NCBI GenBank assembly: GCA_038231435.1
Contig: JBBRLJ010000035.1
Location: 1 to 54,760 of the forward strand
Direction of reading: 5' to 3'
Source: Planctomycetota bacterium
Lineage (GTDB): Bacteria; Planctomycetota; UBA11346
DNA: 54,760 nt
A program made the position numbers and the translations under genes. The number at the start of each line of letters is the position of its first letter. Position 1 is the first letter of the stretch. The notes under the pieces were generated by a model. The model was not told the DNA's origin, made no database searches, and worked only from the letters and a program-made list of their open reading frames with translations. Below, in pieces: positions 19,149 to 30,049 of this stretch.

Positions 19149-20014
19149 TTGCCGGGCTCCTGATGCGCTGGATGGGCCTCGGACTCGGGCCAGGTGGGCA
19201 CGACGTATTCGGGCAGCGGATCGGGCAGCGGCACGAATTGCTCGCCCGCCTCGTCGCCGACCTTCTGGATCGCGGCGAGATCGCGCGTGCGCGTCTCGAG
19301 CAAGTTGCGATCGACCTCGAGGACGGCCTTCTTGGTGGCGTCTTCGGGGTTGTCGCGCACGGCCAGCTCGGCGTCCTGGACCATCTTCGATACGTCGCTC
19401 ATGGCGATGGCGGCGCGATCGAGCGCGCGTAGGTACTGCACCACCGCCCAGCGGCTCTGCGGCATGAGCTGCGCGGCATAGCTGGGCATGCGCCCCCTGC
19501 CGACGGTCATGATGTGGTAGATTTCACCATCGCTGAACGCGGCGACATTGGCGCCGTTGAGCGAGGGGATGCCCGAGAAGTGCTTGGCGACATAACCGTT
19601 GGTCGAGCTGCCGTCGCGGCCGTGGCAGGTCGCGCAATAGATGTTGAAGCCGTGCTGGCCCTCCTTGAGAACCTCGGCCGTGGGCAGCAACGGATTCACG
19701 AGCTTGCGCGCCGAATCCCAATCAGCCGGGGCGATCTGGTAGGGCACGAAGTCGCGCGGCACGGTGCCTGGGACCGGCGGGATCAGTGAGCTGAACTGGT
19801 GCTCCTTGTGATCGGCCGACTGGTCCTGATGGATCTCCATGGCCTGCATGCTGTGGTAAGCCGGGGTATGGAACATGTCCGGCATCAGCTCGATGCCACG
19901 GTGCGACTTCTCGCCATCGTCGCACGAGCTCAACGCAGCGATCGCGCCGGCCATGACCAAGGTCAGCTTCAGGGATTTCACTGTCGGAAGTGCAGCGCGG
20001 GCTTGGTTACGCAT
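19145..20014 (-). CDS. actE: Alternative complex III monoheme cytochrome c lipoprotein ActE
   Basis: Lipobox-like LSSC, MPDMF, PVPGTVPR, CATCH, GRGRMPSY, RWAVV.Y.RAL. Confidence 0.9.
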   Translation of the reverse strand: MRNQARAALPTVKSLKLTLVMAGAIAALSSCDDGEKSHRGIELMPDMFHTPAYHSMQAMEIHQDQSADHKEHQFSSLIPPVPGTVPRDFVPYQIAPADWDSARKLVNPLLPTAEVLKEGQHGFNIYCATCHGRDGSSTNGYVAKHFSGIPSLNGANVAAFSDGEIYHIMTVGRGRMPSYAAQLMPQSRWAVVQYLRALDRAAIAMSDVSKMVQDAELAVRDNPEDATKKAVLEVDRNLLETRTRDLAAIQKVGDEAGEQFVPLPDPLPEYVVPTWPESEAHPAHQEPGK

Positions 20015-20601
20015 GCGCGGCTCCTGCGGCGGTATCGACGCGCTGGGTCAGGACGAGATCGTTGACCTCGACTTCCTCGGCGCCGAGCCCGCGGAACCAC
20101 GCGACCAACTGCTCCGAACTCGCACGCGCCGAGATCGGCAGCGCCAGGGCGAAGGTGTCGTCCGACAGGCGCGGGTGCATCGGCTTGAACGCGGGGTTCG
20201 GGATCAGGCGGCAGGTGTGGAACGCCAGCAATAGATTGGCGAGCGCCCCAATCAGCAGGCCGGTCTCGAGCGTCACCACCACGAACAGCTGCCAGGTGTG
20301 GAACGGCTTGCCGCCGTAGACCATCGGGAAGCTCTCCACCTGCTGGAAGTACTGCATGTGGTAGGCGACGATGAAGAACACCACGCTGACCGCGAACACG
20401 CCGCGGCCGATCCAGCTGCGCTCGAGGCCGAGGATGGGCTCGATGCCGTGGACCGGGTAGGGCAGGTACGCCTGGATACCGGTGTGGCCGGCTTCGCGCG
20501 CGGAGGTGGCGGCGATCTTGAAGGCCTGCGCGTTGCGCCAGTAGCCTGCGACGTACGGGACCTCGGGCGTGGCGGAGGGGCTGGGCGGGGCGTTCACGTG
20601 A

Positions 20602-20609
<8 letters not shown>
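20007..20609 (-). CDS. actD: Alternative complex III subunit ActD (DUF3341-like)
   Basis: YLPYPVHG, GGKP, two TMs, SDD.F; position after actC. Confidence 0.88.
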
Positions 20610-22010
<1,401 letters not shown>

Positions 22011-22014
<4 letters not shown>

Positions 22015-25000
22015 CCCTCACCTGACTTTCCGGCGGCCTGGCCTTCGGCCGGCTCGGCGGCCGCGCCCAACTCGTCGGCGGTGGCGGGGCGATTGCGCAC
22101 GCGCTTGAGGTAGGACACCGACGGGCGCGTGTTCAGCTCCTTGTCGAGCAGCTTGTACGCGGTGCCGGTGCGCTTCGACATGATCACCACCTCTGAGTCG
22201 GGATCGTTGAGATCCCCGAACACCAGGGCCTTGGTCGGGCAGGTCTGGGCGCAGGCGGTCTTGACCTCGCCATCCTTGATGCGGCGGTTCTGGCCATGCT
22301 CGATGTCACGGATGGTGCGGGTGCGCTGGATGCAGAAGTTGCACTTCTCCATCACGCCACGGTGGCGCACGGTGACTTCGGGATTCAGCATCATCTCGAG
22401 CGGCGCGTGGCTGAGCTCGGACTGGCTGCTGGTGGCGCCGCTGGTGCGCAGATTGGTGACGATGCGGGTCAAGGGCTTGCCCGCGTCGACCGGGCCTGCG
22501 CGGTACTGGCTGTACTGGTACCAGTTGAAGCGCCGCACCTTGTACGGGCAGTTGTTGGCGCAGTAGCGCGTACCGACGCAGCGGTTGTAGACTTGCAGGC
22601 TGATGCCTTCGTTGTTGTGCATCGTCGCGTTCGCGGGGCACACGGGCTCGCACGGCGCGTTCTCGCACTGCTGGCACATCACCGGCTGGTTCACCACCTC
22701 GACGTCGAGCAGCGCCTGGGCCTGCTTCTCGCGCACCGCGATCGGGCCGCGCGCATCCCTGTCGAAGGTGCCGCTGTAATAGCGGTCGATACGGATCCAA
22801 TGCATGACGCGGCCCTTGCGCACCTCGTCGCGTCCGACCACCGGAACGTTGTTCTCGGCGTGGCAGGCGACCACGCACGCATTGCAGCCGATGCACGTGT
22901 TCATGTCCACGGCCATGCCCCACTTGTGGCCGGGGTAGGCGTGGTGGGTGCCGTACATGCTGATGTCGCCACCGGCCTTGCCGTCGGTGCCGTTCTTCCA
23001 CTGCTCGGCTTCCTCGACCTCGCGGTCGCGGATCGACAGGATCTCGTCGAGGGCGACCGGGCGCCCTTCCATGTAGTCGTGGCCCTGCACGTTGGCGAGC
23101 TCGTAGGTCTTGCCGGTCTTGGCGATCGTGGCCTCGAGCGCGAGCGGCAACGGCCGCTGCGCGGTGAGCGCGAACCCATTGATGCGGAAGCCGTCATGGA
23201 GCGGGCAGATGTCCGCGACCTTGCCGGCGCGATCCTGATCGCGGCCCCAGCCGAGGAACAGCTCGAGCGTGCCCGGGTGCTGCCCTTCCTGCACGTGCAC
23301 CGGCACGGCGAATCCGGCGGCGCCGGCGACGGTGAGCGTCACCACGTCGTTTGAGCGGATGCCCTGGTCGTGGGCATCCATCGGCGACATCGCGAGGTAG
23401 GTGTCCCAGGTGATCTTGGAGACCGGATCGGGCATCTCCTGCAGCCAAGGATTGTTCAGGTTGGCGCCGTCGCGCATGGTGCGCGACGCGCTGAGCACCA
23501 GGCGCAGCCCGGCTGGCGCAGCGGGCAGCGACATCTCGCCCGTGTATCGGAAGGGCTTGGCCGGCGACTTGGCCTTGGTGTCAGCCTCGCCGTCCTGGGC
23601 CTTGGCACCTGCGCTCGCGGCGAGTACCACGCCACGCGACAGCGCTGCGTTCCAGAACGAGCGATCATCGGCGGCGGATCCGCTGCCCTTCTTGACCGCG
23701 TCGATCCACGTCGCACGCACCATCTCCTGCCACGACGCCACGCCGTGGGCGGCGGCCTGCCACAGGGGCTTGCGCGCGACCACCGAGATCCATGTCGGGT
23801 TCGCGGGCGTCTTCTCGCGGGCGAACGCCGCAGCGCCTGCGGCCACGGCGAACGCCATCAGACTCTCCTCGGCGGCGCGGCAGTCCCACAGCGGCGGAAT
23901 GCACGGCTGCTGCAGGCTGTACATGCCCGGACGCGCCTCGGCGTCGCCCCAGGATTCTAGGCCGTGCAGGGTCGGAGCGACGAAGCCCGCGAGCGCGGCC
24001 GTCTCGTCGATGCGGTCGGCGAGGACCACCAGGGTCTTGACCTTCTTCAGCGCCGCGACGCAGGCGGGCCAGGCGTACGCGGGATTGGCGCCAGCGACGA
24101 TCAGCACGTCGACCTGGCCATCGGCGCAGGCCTTCAGCAGCTCGGCCGCTGCGCCGGTATCGGCGATCGGGCCAGCGTCGCCCGAGGACACCACGGTGAC
24201 GCCCTCGTTGCCGAGCGTAGCGTTGAGGAACGCGACGGCGAGGTGCAGCGAGACGCTATCCTCGCCCTGTTGCGATGCGCCGCCGGCCCACACCAGGCTG
24301 TGCTTGCCGGCCTGCTTGGCCGCGAGCAGCCGCGAAGCGGCAAAGGCGAGCGGTGAGGATTGGCCCGCGTCGGCATGCGGGCCATCGATGGGCTTGAGCT
24401 CGAGCTTGGCGTCGAGCGCCTTCGCGGCCGAGGCGGGCAGGTCGATGCCGAGCTGCTTGGCGACCGCTCCGGCAACGCCCCACGCGGCGACCGCGAGCTG
24501 CTCGGCGGCGACGCGTACGCGCACGTCGGCGACGGTGCCGAGCTGCGACATGGTCGGCTCGAAGGCGATGACCTGGCCACAGCCGCCGCGCTTGGCATCA
24601 CCGCGATCCGCACCTGCGGAAGATGTCTTCAGGCGGCGGAGATCGCCGAACTCGATCTGCTCGGCGAGTCCGGTGGTTCCGGATCCGAGGAAATCGCCGA
24701 ACGAGACCATGACCTCGGCGAGATCGGCGCGGTACACCGGCAATGACGCGTCGCCGAAGGCGAGCTTGCGCGCCTGGGCCTCGCCGACGCGCGGAAACGC
24801 AGAAAAGGCCGCGTGCATGAAGCGCTTCGGGAAGGCCGCCGCGAGATCCAGGAGCAGACGCTTGGCGGCTGGCCCATCGATGGCTCCGGTGAGCAGGCCG
24901 ACGTTGCCGGCCTTGAGCGCGCCGCCGACCGCGGCATCGAGCTCATCCCACGAGATCGGCTTGAAGGACTCGCCCTCGCGCTGGTGTGGGCCGTCCTGCA

Positions 25001-25562
25001 GGCGATCGGGATCGTAGAGGTTCAGCAGCGCGGCCTGGGTCTGCGTGTCGCAGCGCCCGCGGCTGAGCGGATGATCGATGTTGCCTTCGATCTTGATCGG
25101 CCGGCCATCGTAGGTCTTGACCACCACGCCAACCGGCTGCCCGCTGTCGCGCAGCGTGGTGCTGTAGTACACCGCGTTGCCGAGCGTCGTGCCCTCGGGT
25201 TGCTGCGCCCACGGCACCAGGGTGTCGGGATGCTTCTTGCCGCACGCGGCGAGGGCGAACACCGCCGCCGCGCCGCTGATCTGCATGAAGCCGCGGCGAT
25301 TCAGCCCGGGCACGGCGGCGCGCAGGTCGTCACGCAGGCGATCGAGCTCGGCCGGAGTATTGCCTTCGCTCTCGCAGCTGGCGTTGGCGTGGCCGTGCCT
25401 GGCGCGCAGATCGGCGATGGCGCGTGCGACCTCGGGACCGAACTCGTCGCCGCGCGGCTTGGGCGCCACGGACGCGCCGAGGGTCGCATCGGCGGACGCG
25501 GTCGCGATCTCGGCAGGAGCCGCCACCAGCTCGTCGGCATTCTTCCAGTATGTCTTGGTCAT
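22011..25562 (-). CDS. actB: Alternative complex III subunit ActB (molybdopterin-oxidoreductase-like plus Fe-S domain)
   Basis: YWK N-terminus, Tat motif NRRGFM followed by lipobox ALAAC, GRPIKIEGN, CIGCNACVVAC, CQQCENAPCEPVCP, CVGTRYCANNCP, KCNFC..ACAQTCP. Confidence 0.95.
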
Positions 25563-25568
25563 GGATTC

Positions 25569-26609
25569 CTACTGGTGGCAGGTGTTGCACTGCGTGGGAG
25601 CGTTCTGGAAACCCGCGGCATCGGTGTAGTACTTGCGGTGGGTCTCAGGCAGATCGGACAGGCGCCAGATGGGAAGGTTCGCGACCTTCGCCTGCATCGC
25701 CGCGCGCAGCTCGGGCGGCAGCGCCATGCCGTGATCCTTCGCATCCTGGGCGTGGGATTCGACGACATCCTGGACGAGCGTGGCACGACCGGCTTCGCCG
25801 GCGGGAAGCGGCTGCCTGGCGGACTCTGCCGAGTGATCAGTCGATTCTGGCGCGTGGGACTCGACCGCGGGAGCGGCCTTGCCGGTGTCGACCTGGCGCG
25901 CGACGAATTCGACGACGTCGTCGGGAAGCTGGCGTTGGCGCTGGGTCTCGCGATCGGCACCGCCGACGGCGAACGATGAGGGGTCGGCCGGATCGTAGCG
26001 GCGGCCGCCGACGTACTTGCTCTGGCGATGGCAGTCGAGGCACCAGCCCATGGTCAGATCGCTGAACTGGCGGACGACCGTCATCTCCTGGATCGGACCG
26101 TGGCAGGTCTGACAGGCGACGCCGGCGCGGACGTGCCATTGGTGCGAGAAATACACGTGGTCGGGCAGCTTGTGCACGCGCTTCCAATGCACCACGCCGC
26201 CGTCATACACCACGTTGTCCGGCTCGCCGTGGTACGGGCCCTTGCCGTCGATCTCGTACGAGCCCTTCTCGGCGACCGCGAGCAGGCTCGCGATCTCCTT
26301 CTGGTACTGGGTGTTCTCGGTGGTGACGTTGCCGGGACGATGGCAGCCGAGACATACCGACATCGGGGGTATTCCCGGATGCTTGCCGCGCTCGGCGTTG
26401 AAGTGGCAGTATTTGCAGTCGATCTTCAGCTCGCCCGCGTGCACCTTGTGGTAGAACGCGATGGGCTGCTCGGGGGCGTATCCGGTGTCGTAGAACGCGT
26501 TCTTGAACCACCAGGACACCGACCCGGCGACCAGCAACAGGATGGCCAAGGCGACCCAGAAACGCTTGAGCAGCTGGAGTGGCACCGGCAACTGATGTGG
26601 CTCTGTCAC
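25569..26609 (-). CDS. actA: Alternative complex III pentaheme cytochrome c ActA
   Basis: N-terminal TM, QPIAF.HK.HAG, five CxxCH (CKYCH, CLGCH, CQTCH, CLDCH, CNTCH), LPDHVYF.H, MGWC. Start uncertain (GTG 26609 or ATG 26666). Confidence 0.93.
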   Translation of the reverse strand: MTEPHQLPVPLQLLKRFWVALAILLLVAGSVSWWFKNAFYDTGYAPEQPIAFYHKVHAGELKIDCKYCHFNAERGKHPGIPPMSVCLGCHRPGNVTTENTQYQKEIASLLAVAEKGSYEIDGKGPYHGEPDNVVYDGGVVHWKRVHKLPDHVYFSHQWHVRAGVACQTCHGPIQEMTVVRQFSDLTMGWCLDCHRQSKYVGGRRYDPADPSSFAVGGADRETQRQRQLPDDVVEFVARQVDTGKAAPAVESHAPESTDHSAESARQPLPAGEAGRATLVQDVVESHAQDAKDHGMALPPELRAAMQAKVANLPIWRLSDLPETHRKYYTDAAGFQNAPTQCNTCHQ

Positions 26610-26742
26610 GCGTACTCCCGGAAATCGGCCGCCGTGCCGAAGGGGCGCACCGTAGGTATGTGCCAAATGGATACAAGTGCGCAGCTACACGAGATCTGAG
26701 TCATGCATGGGCCGGGTGGAGGTGGCCTGCGGGCAGAATGTC

Positions 26743-26761
26743 TTTAATGAGAATCGTTATC
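26743..26761. promoter_or_regulatory. Fur-box-like operator upstream of the act-cox operon
   Basis: TTTAATGAGAATCGTTATC matches GATAATGATAATCATTATC at 15/19 positions in a very GC-rich background. Confidence 0.55.
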
Positions 26762-27199
26762 CTTAAGGGCTTCCATGCGATACTGATGCAACAGTGTGGT
26801 GACCAGTTCGGGACCCATCGGCGCCTCGAGCTTGGCTCGCCGGGCCAGGTCGTTGATGGCGTCAGCGACCTTGCCCAGCAGCAGCGGCATCTCGTCCGGT
26901 AATTCGACCAGCGTGCCGACCCGGCAGGCGCTCGGGGCCTTGAGCTCGAGCTCCCACCCGCACTTCACCAACTGCAGCGATTTTCCGGCATCGGCGGCCA
27001 ACTCGTCGCCCGGGGCGAGCTCGGCCGAAATCTCGAATACCAGGAGCTTGAAATGGGTTTCGGTGATCTCGTCGGCATCTTCGTAGATCGGGCTGTAGCG
27101 GACGTTGAATGCCACCTTCTCGCCGTAGAGCGCGAGCTCCTGCGGCCGCATGGTGATGCCATAGAGACGATCCGCGACGATGGTGGGCTTGGCAGTCAT
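26744..27199 (-). CDS. Hypothetical protein (151 aa), possibly SecB-like fold
   Basis: C-terminal part of ORF 26744..27955 (MTAKPTIV...); the upstream part of that ORF is antisense to kdsD; acidic beta-strand/helix pattern. Confidence 0.7.
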   Translation of the reverse strand: MTAKPTIVADRLYGITMRPQELALYGEKVAFNVRYSPIYEDADEITETHFKLLVFEISAELAPGDELAADAGKSLQLVKCGWELELKAPSACRVGTLVELPDEMPLLLGKVADAINDLARRAKLEAPMGPELVTTLLHQYRMEALKDNDSH

Positions 27200-27416
27200 G
27201 GGCGGGCATGAAATCGCTGTCGCGATACGGCGCCAGCGAATTGGCTGGTGGCTCGAGGCTGGTGACGGTTGTTGGTGGTGATTCGCGGAGGCGTTCGCGG
27301 AGGCATCTGCGGTGGCAGGGACCGGCATCGATGTATGAGGCTCTCGATCACGGACCACCGCCTCCATCTCCCACCTCCCACCTGGACCTTCCTCGCTCTT
27401 CACCACACTCCCCGAC

Positions 27417-28424
27417 ATGCCCGACGACCTGGATACGCTCGCGAGCGTCACCTCGATCCTGCGCATCGAGGCGCAGGCGCTCGCCGGCCTGGTCGAGGTG
27501 GCGACCCACCAGCATGCCGAGCTCGAACGCGCCTGCGCGCTGATCCGCGGATCCTGCGGCGACGGCAAGCCCGGGCGGCTGGTGGCTACCGGCGTCGGCA
27601 AGGCTGGCATCATCGCGCGCAAGGTCGCCGCGACCTTCGCCTCGACCGGCACGCCAAGTTTCTTCCTGCATCCCGCCGAAGCCCGCCATGGCGATCTCGG
27701 CATGGTGCAATCCACCGATGTGGTGCTGGCACTGTCGAATTCCGGCGCCAGCGAGGAACTGGTCGCATTGCTGCCGAGCCTGAAGCACGTCGGCTCGAGC
27801 CTGATCGCGCTGGTCGGCAGCCGCGAATCGCCACTCGGCCGCCACGCCACCATCACGCTCGCCTTCGGCCGCGTGGTCGAGGCCTGCCCCCTGGGCCTCG
27901 CGCCGTCGACCAGCACCACCGCCATGCTTGCGCTCGGCGACGCCATCGCGCTCACCGTGCAGCGTCAACGCCGCTTCACGCCAGAGCAGTACGCGCGCTT
28001 CCACCCGGGCGGTGCGCTCGGCCGCAAGCTGATGACCTGCCGCGAGGCGATGCGCACCGGCGAACGCGTGGCCGCGGTATCGACAGGCACCAGCGTGCTC
28101 GATTGCGTCCGCGCCACCAGCCGCGCGCGCGCCGGCAGCGTGGTGCTCGTCGACGATACTGGCAAGCTCATCGGCATCTTCACAGACGGCGATCTGCGCC
28201 GCGTGCTCGCCAAGGCCAGCGACGCCACCGCGGTGCTCAACGGCGCAGTCGGAACCCACGCCACCATCCCCTGCCGGTCGATCCGCGACGACGACCTGCT
28301 GCAGGCGGCGCTGCACCTGTGCGCCGAGAAGAAGATGAACGAGCTGCCGGTGGTGGACGCGGCAGGGAAGCTGGTCGGACTGCTGGATCTCCAGGATCTC
28401 GTCGATCGCGGCTTCGAGGTCTGA
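27417..28424 (+). CDS. kdsD: KpsF/GutQ family arabinose-5-phosphate isomerase (SIS plus 2 CBS)
   Basis: GVGKAG, ASTGTP.FFLHPAEA.HGDLG, SNSG, EACPLGLAPSTST, HPGG.LG, GIFTDGDLRR. Confidence 0.93.
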   Translation: MPDDLDTLASVTSILRIEAQALAGLVEVATHQHAELERACALIRGSCGDGKPGRLVATGVGKAGIIARKVAATFASTGTPSFFLHPAEARHGDLGMVQSTDVVLALSNSGASEELVALLPSLKHVGSSLIALVGSRESPLGRHATITLAFGRVVEACPLGLAPSTSTTAMLALGDAIALTVQRQRRFTPEQYARFHPGGALGRKLMTCREAMRTGERVAAVSTGTSVLDCVRATSRARAGSVVLVDDTGKLIGIFTDGDLRRVLAKASDATAVLNGAVGTHATIPCRSIRDDDLLQAALHLCAEKKMNELPVVDAAGKLVGLLDLQDLVDRGFEV

Positions 28425-28476
28425 TCCACCAACCACGGGCGTGCCGCGATGCGCCCCCTATGCATCGCTGTGCAAG

Positions 28477-28608
28477 GTTGCGTGGGGTCCGCTCCACGAA
28501 CGCCGGGTTTGCCTTACATCTGCGGGCGCACGCGGACCGGGTGCCCGCCGTTCGGCCGGGATCAGGGATCACATAAGGCGATCGGTGTGCACCCGATCCG
28601 CGCGCAAC
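28477..28608 (+). ncRNA. Candidate structured non-coding RNA (extended hairpin)
   Basis: GTTGCGTGGGGTC(28477) pairs with GATCCGCGCGCAAC(28608); inner stems CGCCGG/TCGGTG, TGCCTTA/TAAGGCG and GCGGGCGC/GTGCCCGC; G-U pairs favour the + strand; a terminator follows immediately. Confidence 0.35.
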
Positions 28609-28610
28609 AC

Positions 28611-28643
28611 AGAACCGCGGCCACGAGCCGCGGTTCTTTTATT
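28611..28643 (+). terminator. Rho-independent terminator
   Basis: AGAACCGCGGC-cacga-GCCGCGGTTCT 11-bp stem followed by TTTATT. Confidence 0.75.
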
Positions 28644-28680
28644 CCTAGGGAGCGTCACCGAGCGCATTCACGGGAAGCGC

Positions 28681-29832
28681 TCAGGGAACGGGGGCAGGTA
28701 CCGGAGCGGGAGCGGGAGCGGGAGTGTCGACCGTCGCCGGCGGGACCGGCGCCGCGGTGGTGGGATTCTTAGTGCCGAATCCTTCCTGGAACGACCGGCG
28801 CATCTTCAGGCGATCGCGGCGCGCGCGGTATTCATCGCGCTGCGCGTCGCTCAATCCGAAGATCAGCGCGCGCGGATGGTCGTTCACCAGATCGGCCGCC
28901 ACCGCCAGATCGACGGCGATCGCATTGACATCCTTGGCGAGGTCGCGGTTGACGATCAGTTGGCCGAGCAGGCCCTGCCCGGACTCGATCTCGGCGCTGA
29001 TATCGGCGACGCGCACGCTGATGTCGCGGAACTTGCGGATCATCAGGCCGATGTCCTCGCGATGGTCGACCAGCAGCTGATCGGCGTGTCCGGCCAGATC
29101 GGCGACCTTGGCCATGGTCGCGTCGGCGCGGTCGGTCAGCGTGCGCACGCGCTCCTCGACAGTGCCGAGGGTCTTGTCGATGTGGGCGGCGATCGAATCC
29201 GAGCGCTCGGCAAGGCTGGCCATGGTCTTCTTCAGGTCCGCGGTGACGCCGCGCAGGTTCTCGAGCACGTCGGTCAGGCGTTGGTTCTGCCGGCTGAGGT
29301 TCTCAGCGAGGTCAGCGGCGTTGTGGATCAGGCGCTTGGTGTCGTCGCGGGTCTGGTCATCGAGGATCCCAGAGAGCGACTTGAGGATGCCCTTGGCCTG
29401 CGTGGTGGCCTCGTCGAGGAAACCGGGCGTGGCGGTGACTTCGGCGCTGCCGTCACTAGCCAGGTATTCCCCAGATGGCTTCGTCGTCCGAGCGACGAAG
29501 GCCAACGAGCTGTCCCCGAAGATGCCGCTGGTGGCGAGTTCGAGATCGCTGTCGCTCGGGATCTTCGCCGAGGTGAGGATCTTCATGTCCACCTCGATCG
29601 GCCCGCGGGGGTTGATCGACTGCTTGATACGCTCGACATGGCCGATGCCGATGCCGGACAGCGTCACCGGTGACTTCAGTCGCAGACCACCGGCGTCCTT
29701 CATGAACGCGGACACGCGGTAGTACTGCTCGAACGAGACCTTGTCCGACAGCATGATCATCACCACGACGGCGATCACCCCGAGGATGATCAGCAGGCCC
29801 ACCTTGATTTCGAGCCGCTGCGAAGGCCGCAT
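28681..29832 (-). CDS. MCE/MlaD family protein with long helical region
   Basis: EIKVGL N-terminal TM, AGGL..KSPV.LSGI.IG.V, SGIFGD, coiled-coil region, G.GLLGQLI, Pro/Ala tail. Confidence 0.85.
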   Translation of the reverse strand: MRPSQRLEIKVGLLIILGVIAVVVMIMLSDKVSFEQYYRVSAFMKDAGGLRLKSPVTLSGIGIGHVERIKQSINPRGPIEVDMKILTSAKIPSDSDLELATSGIFGDSSLAFVARTTKPSGEYLASDGSAEVTATPGFLDEATTQAKGILKSLSGILDDQTRDDTKRLIHNAADLAENLSRQNQRLTDVLENLRGVTADLKKTMASLAERSDSIAAHIDKTLGTVEERVRTLTDRADATMAKVADLAGHADQLLVDHREDIGLMIRKFRDISVRVADISAEIESGQGLLGQLIVNRDLAKDVNAIAVDLAVAADLVNDHPRALIFGLSDAQRDEYRARRDRLKMRRSFQEGFGTKNPTTAAPVPPATVDTPAPAPAPVPAPVP

Positions 29833-30049
29833 GGACACACCGTAGCCGCGCCCACCGTCAGCGGCAAGCCCTGGTGGCTACGGCTTCTCGCGCGGACCGC
29901 TCGCGTCATCCGAGCGGGTCGCATGGAGCGAGCGGATCGCACGGAAAAAGCACCGCTCGACCAGGCGGTCCAGGAGCGCGCGCCTTGGACAGCCGCAAGC
30001 GGGCAGGGATCTTTCGACATCGTCGTCGCCAGGATGAGGGGATGCTCGG

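Noticed and set aside
25290..25562. Long ActB segment before the twin-arginine motif and lack of a Mo-cofactor site
   Set aside because: Both are normal features of ActB.
28703..28724. GGAGCG hexamer repeats
   Set aside because: They simply encode the Pro-Ala tail of the MCE protein.
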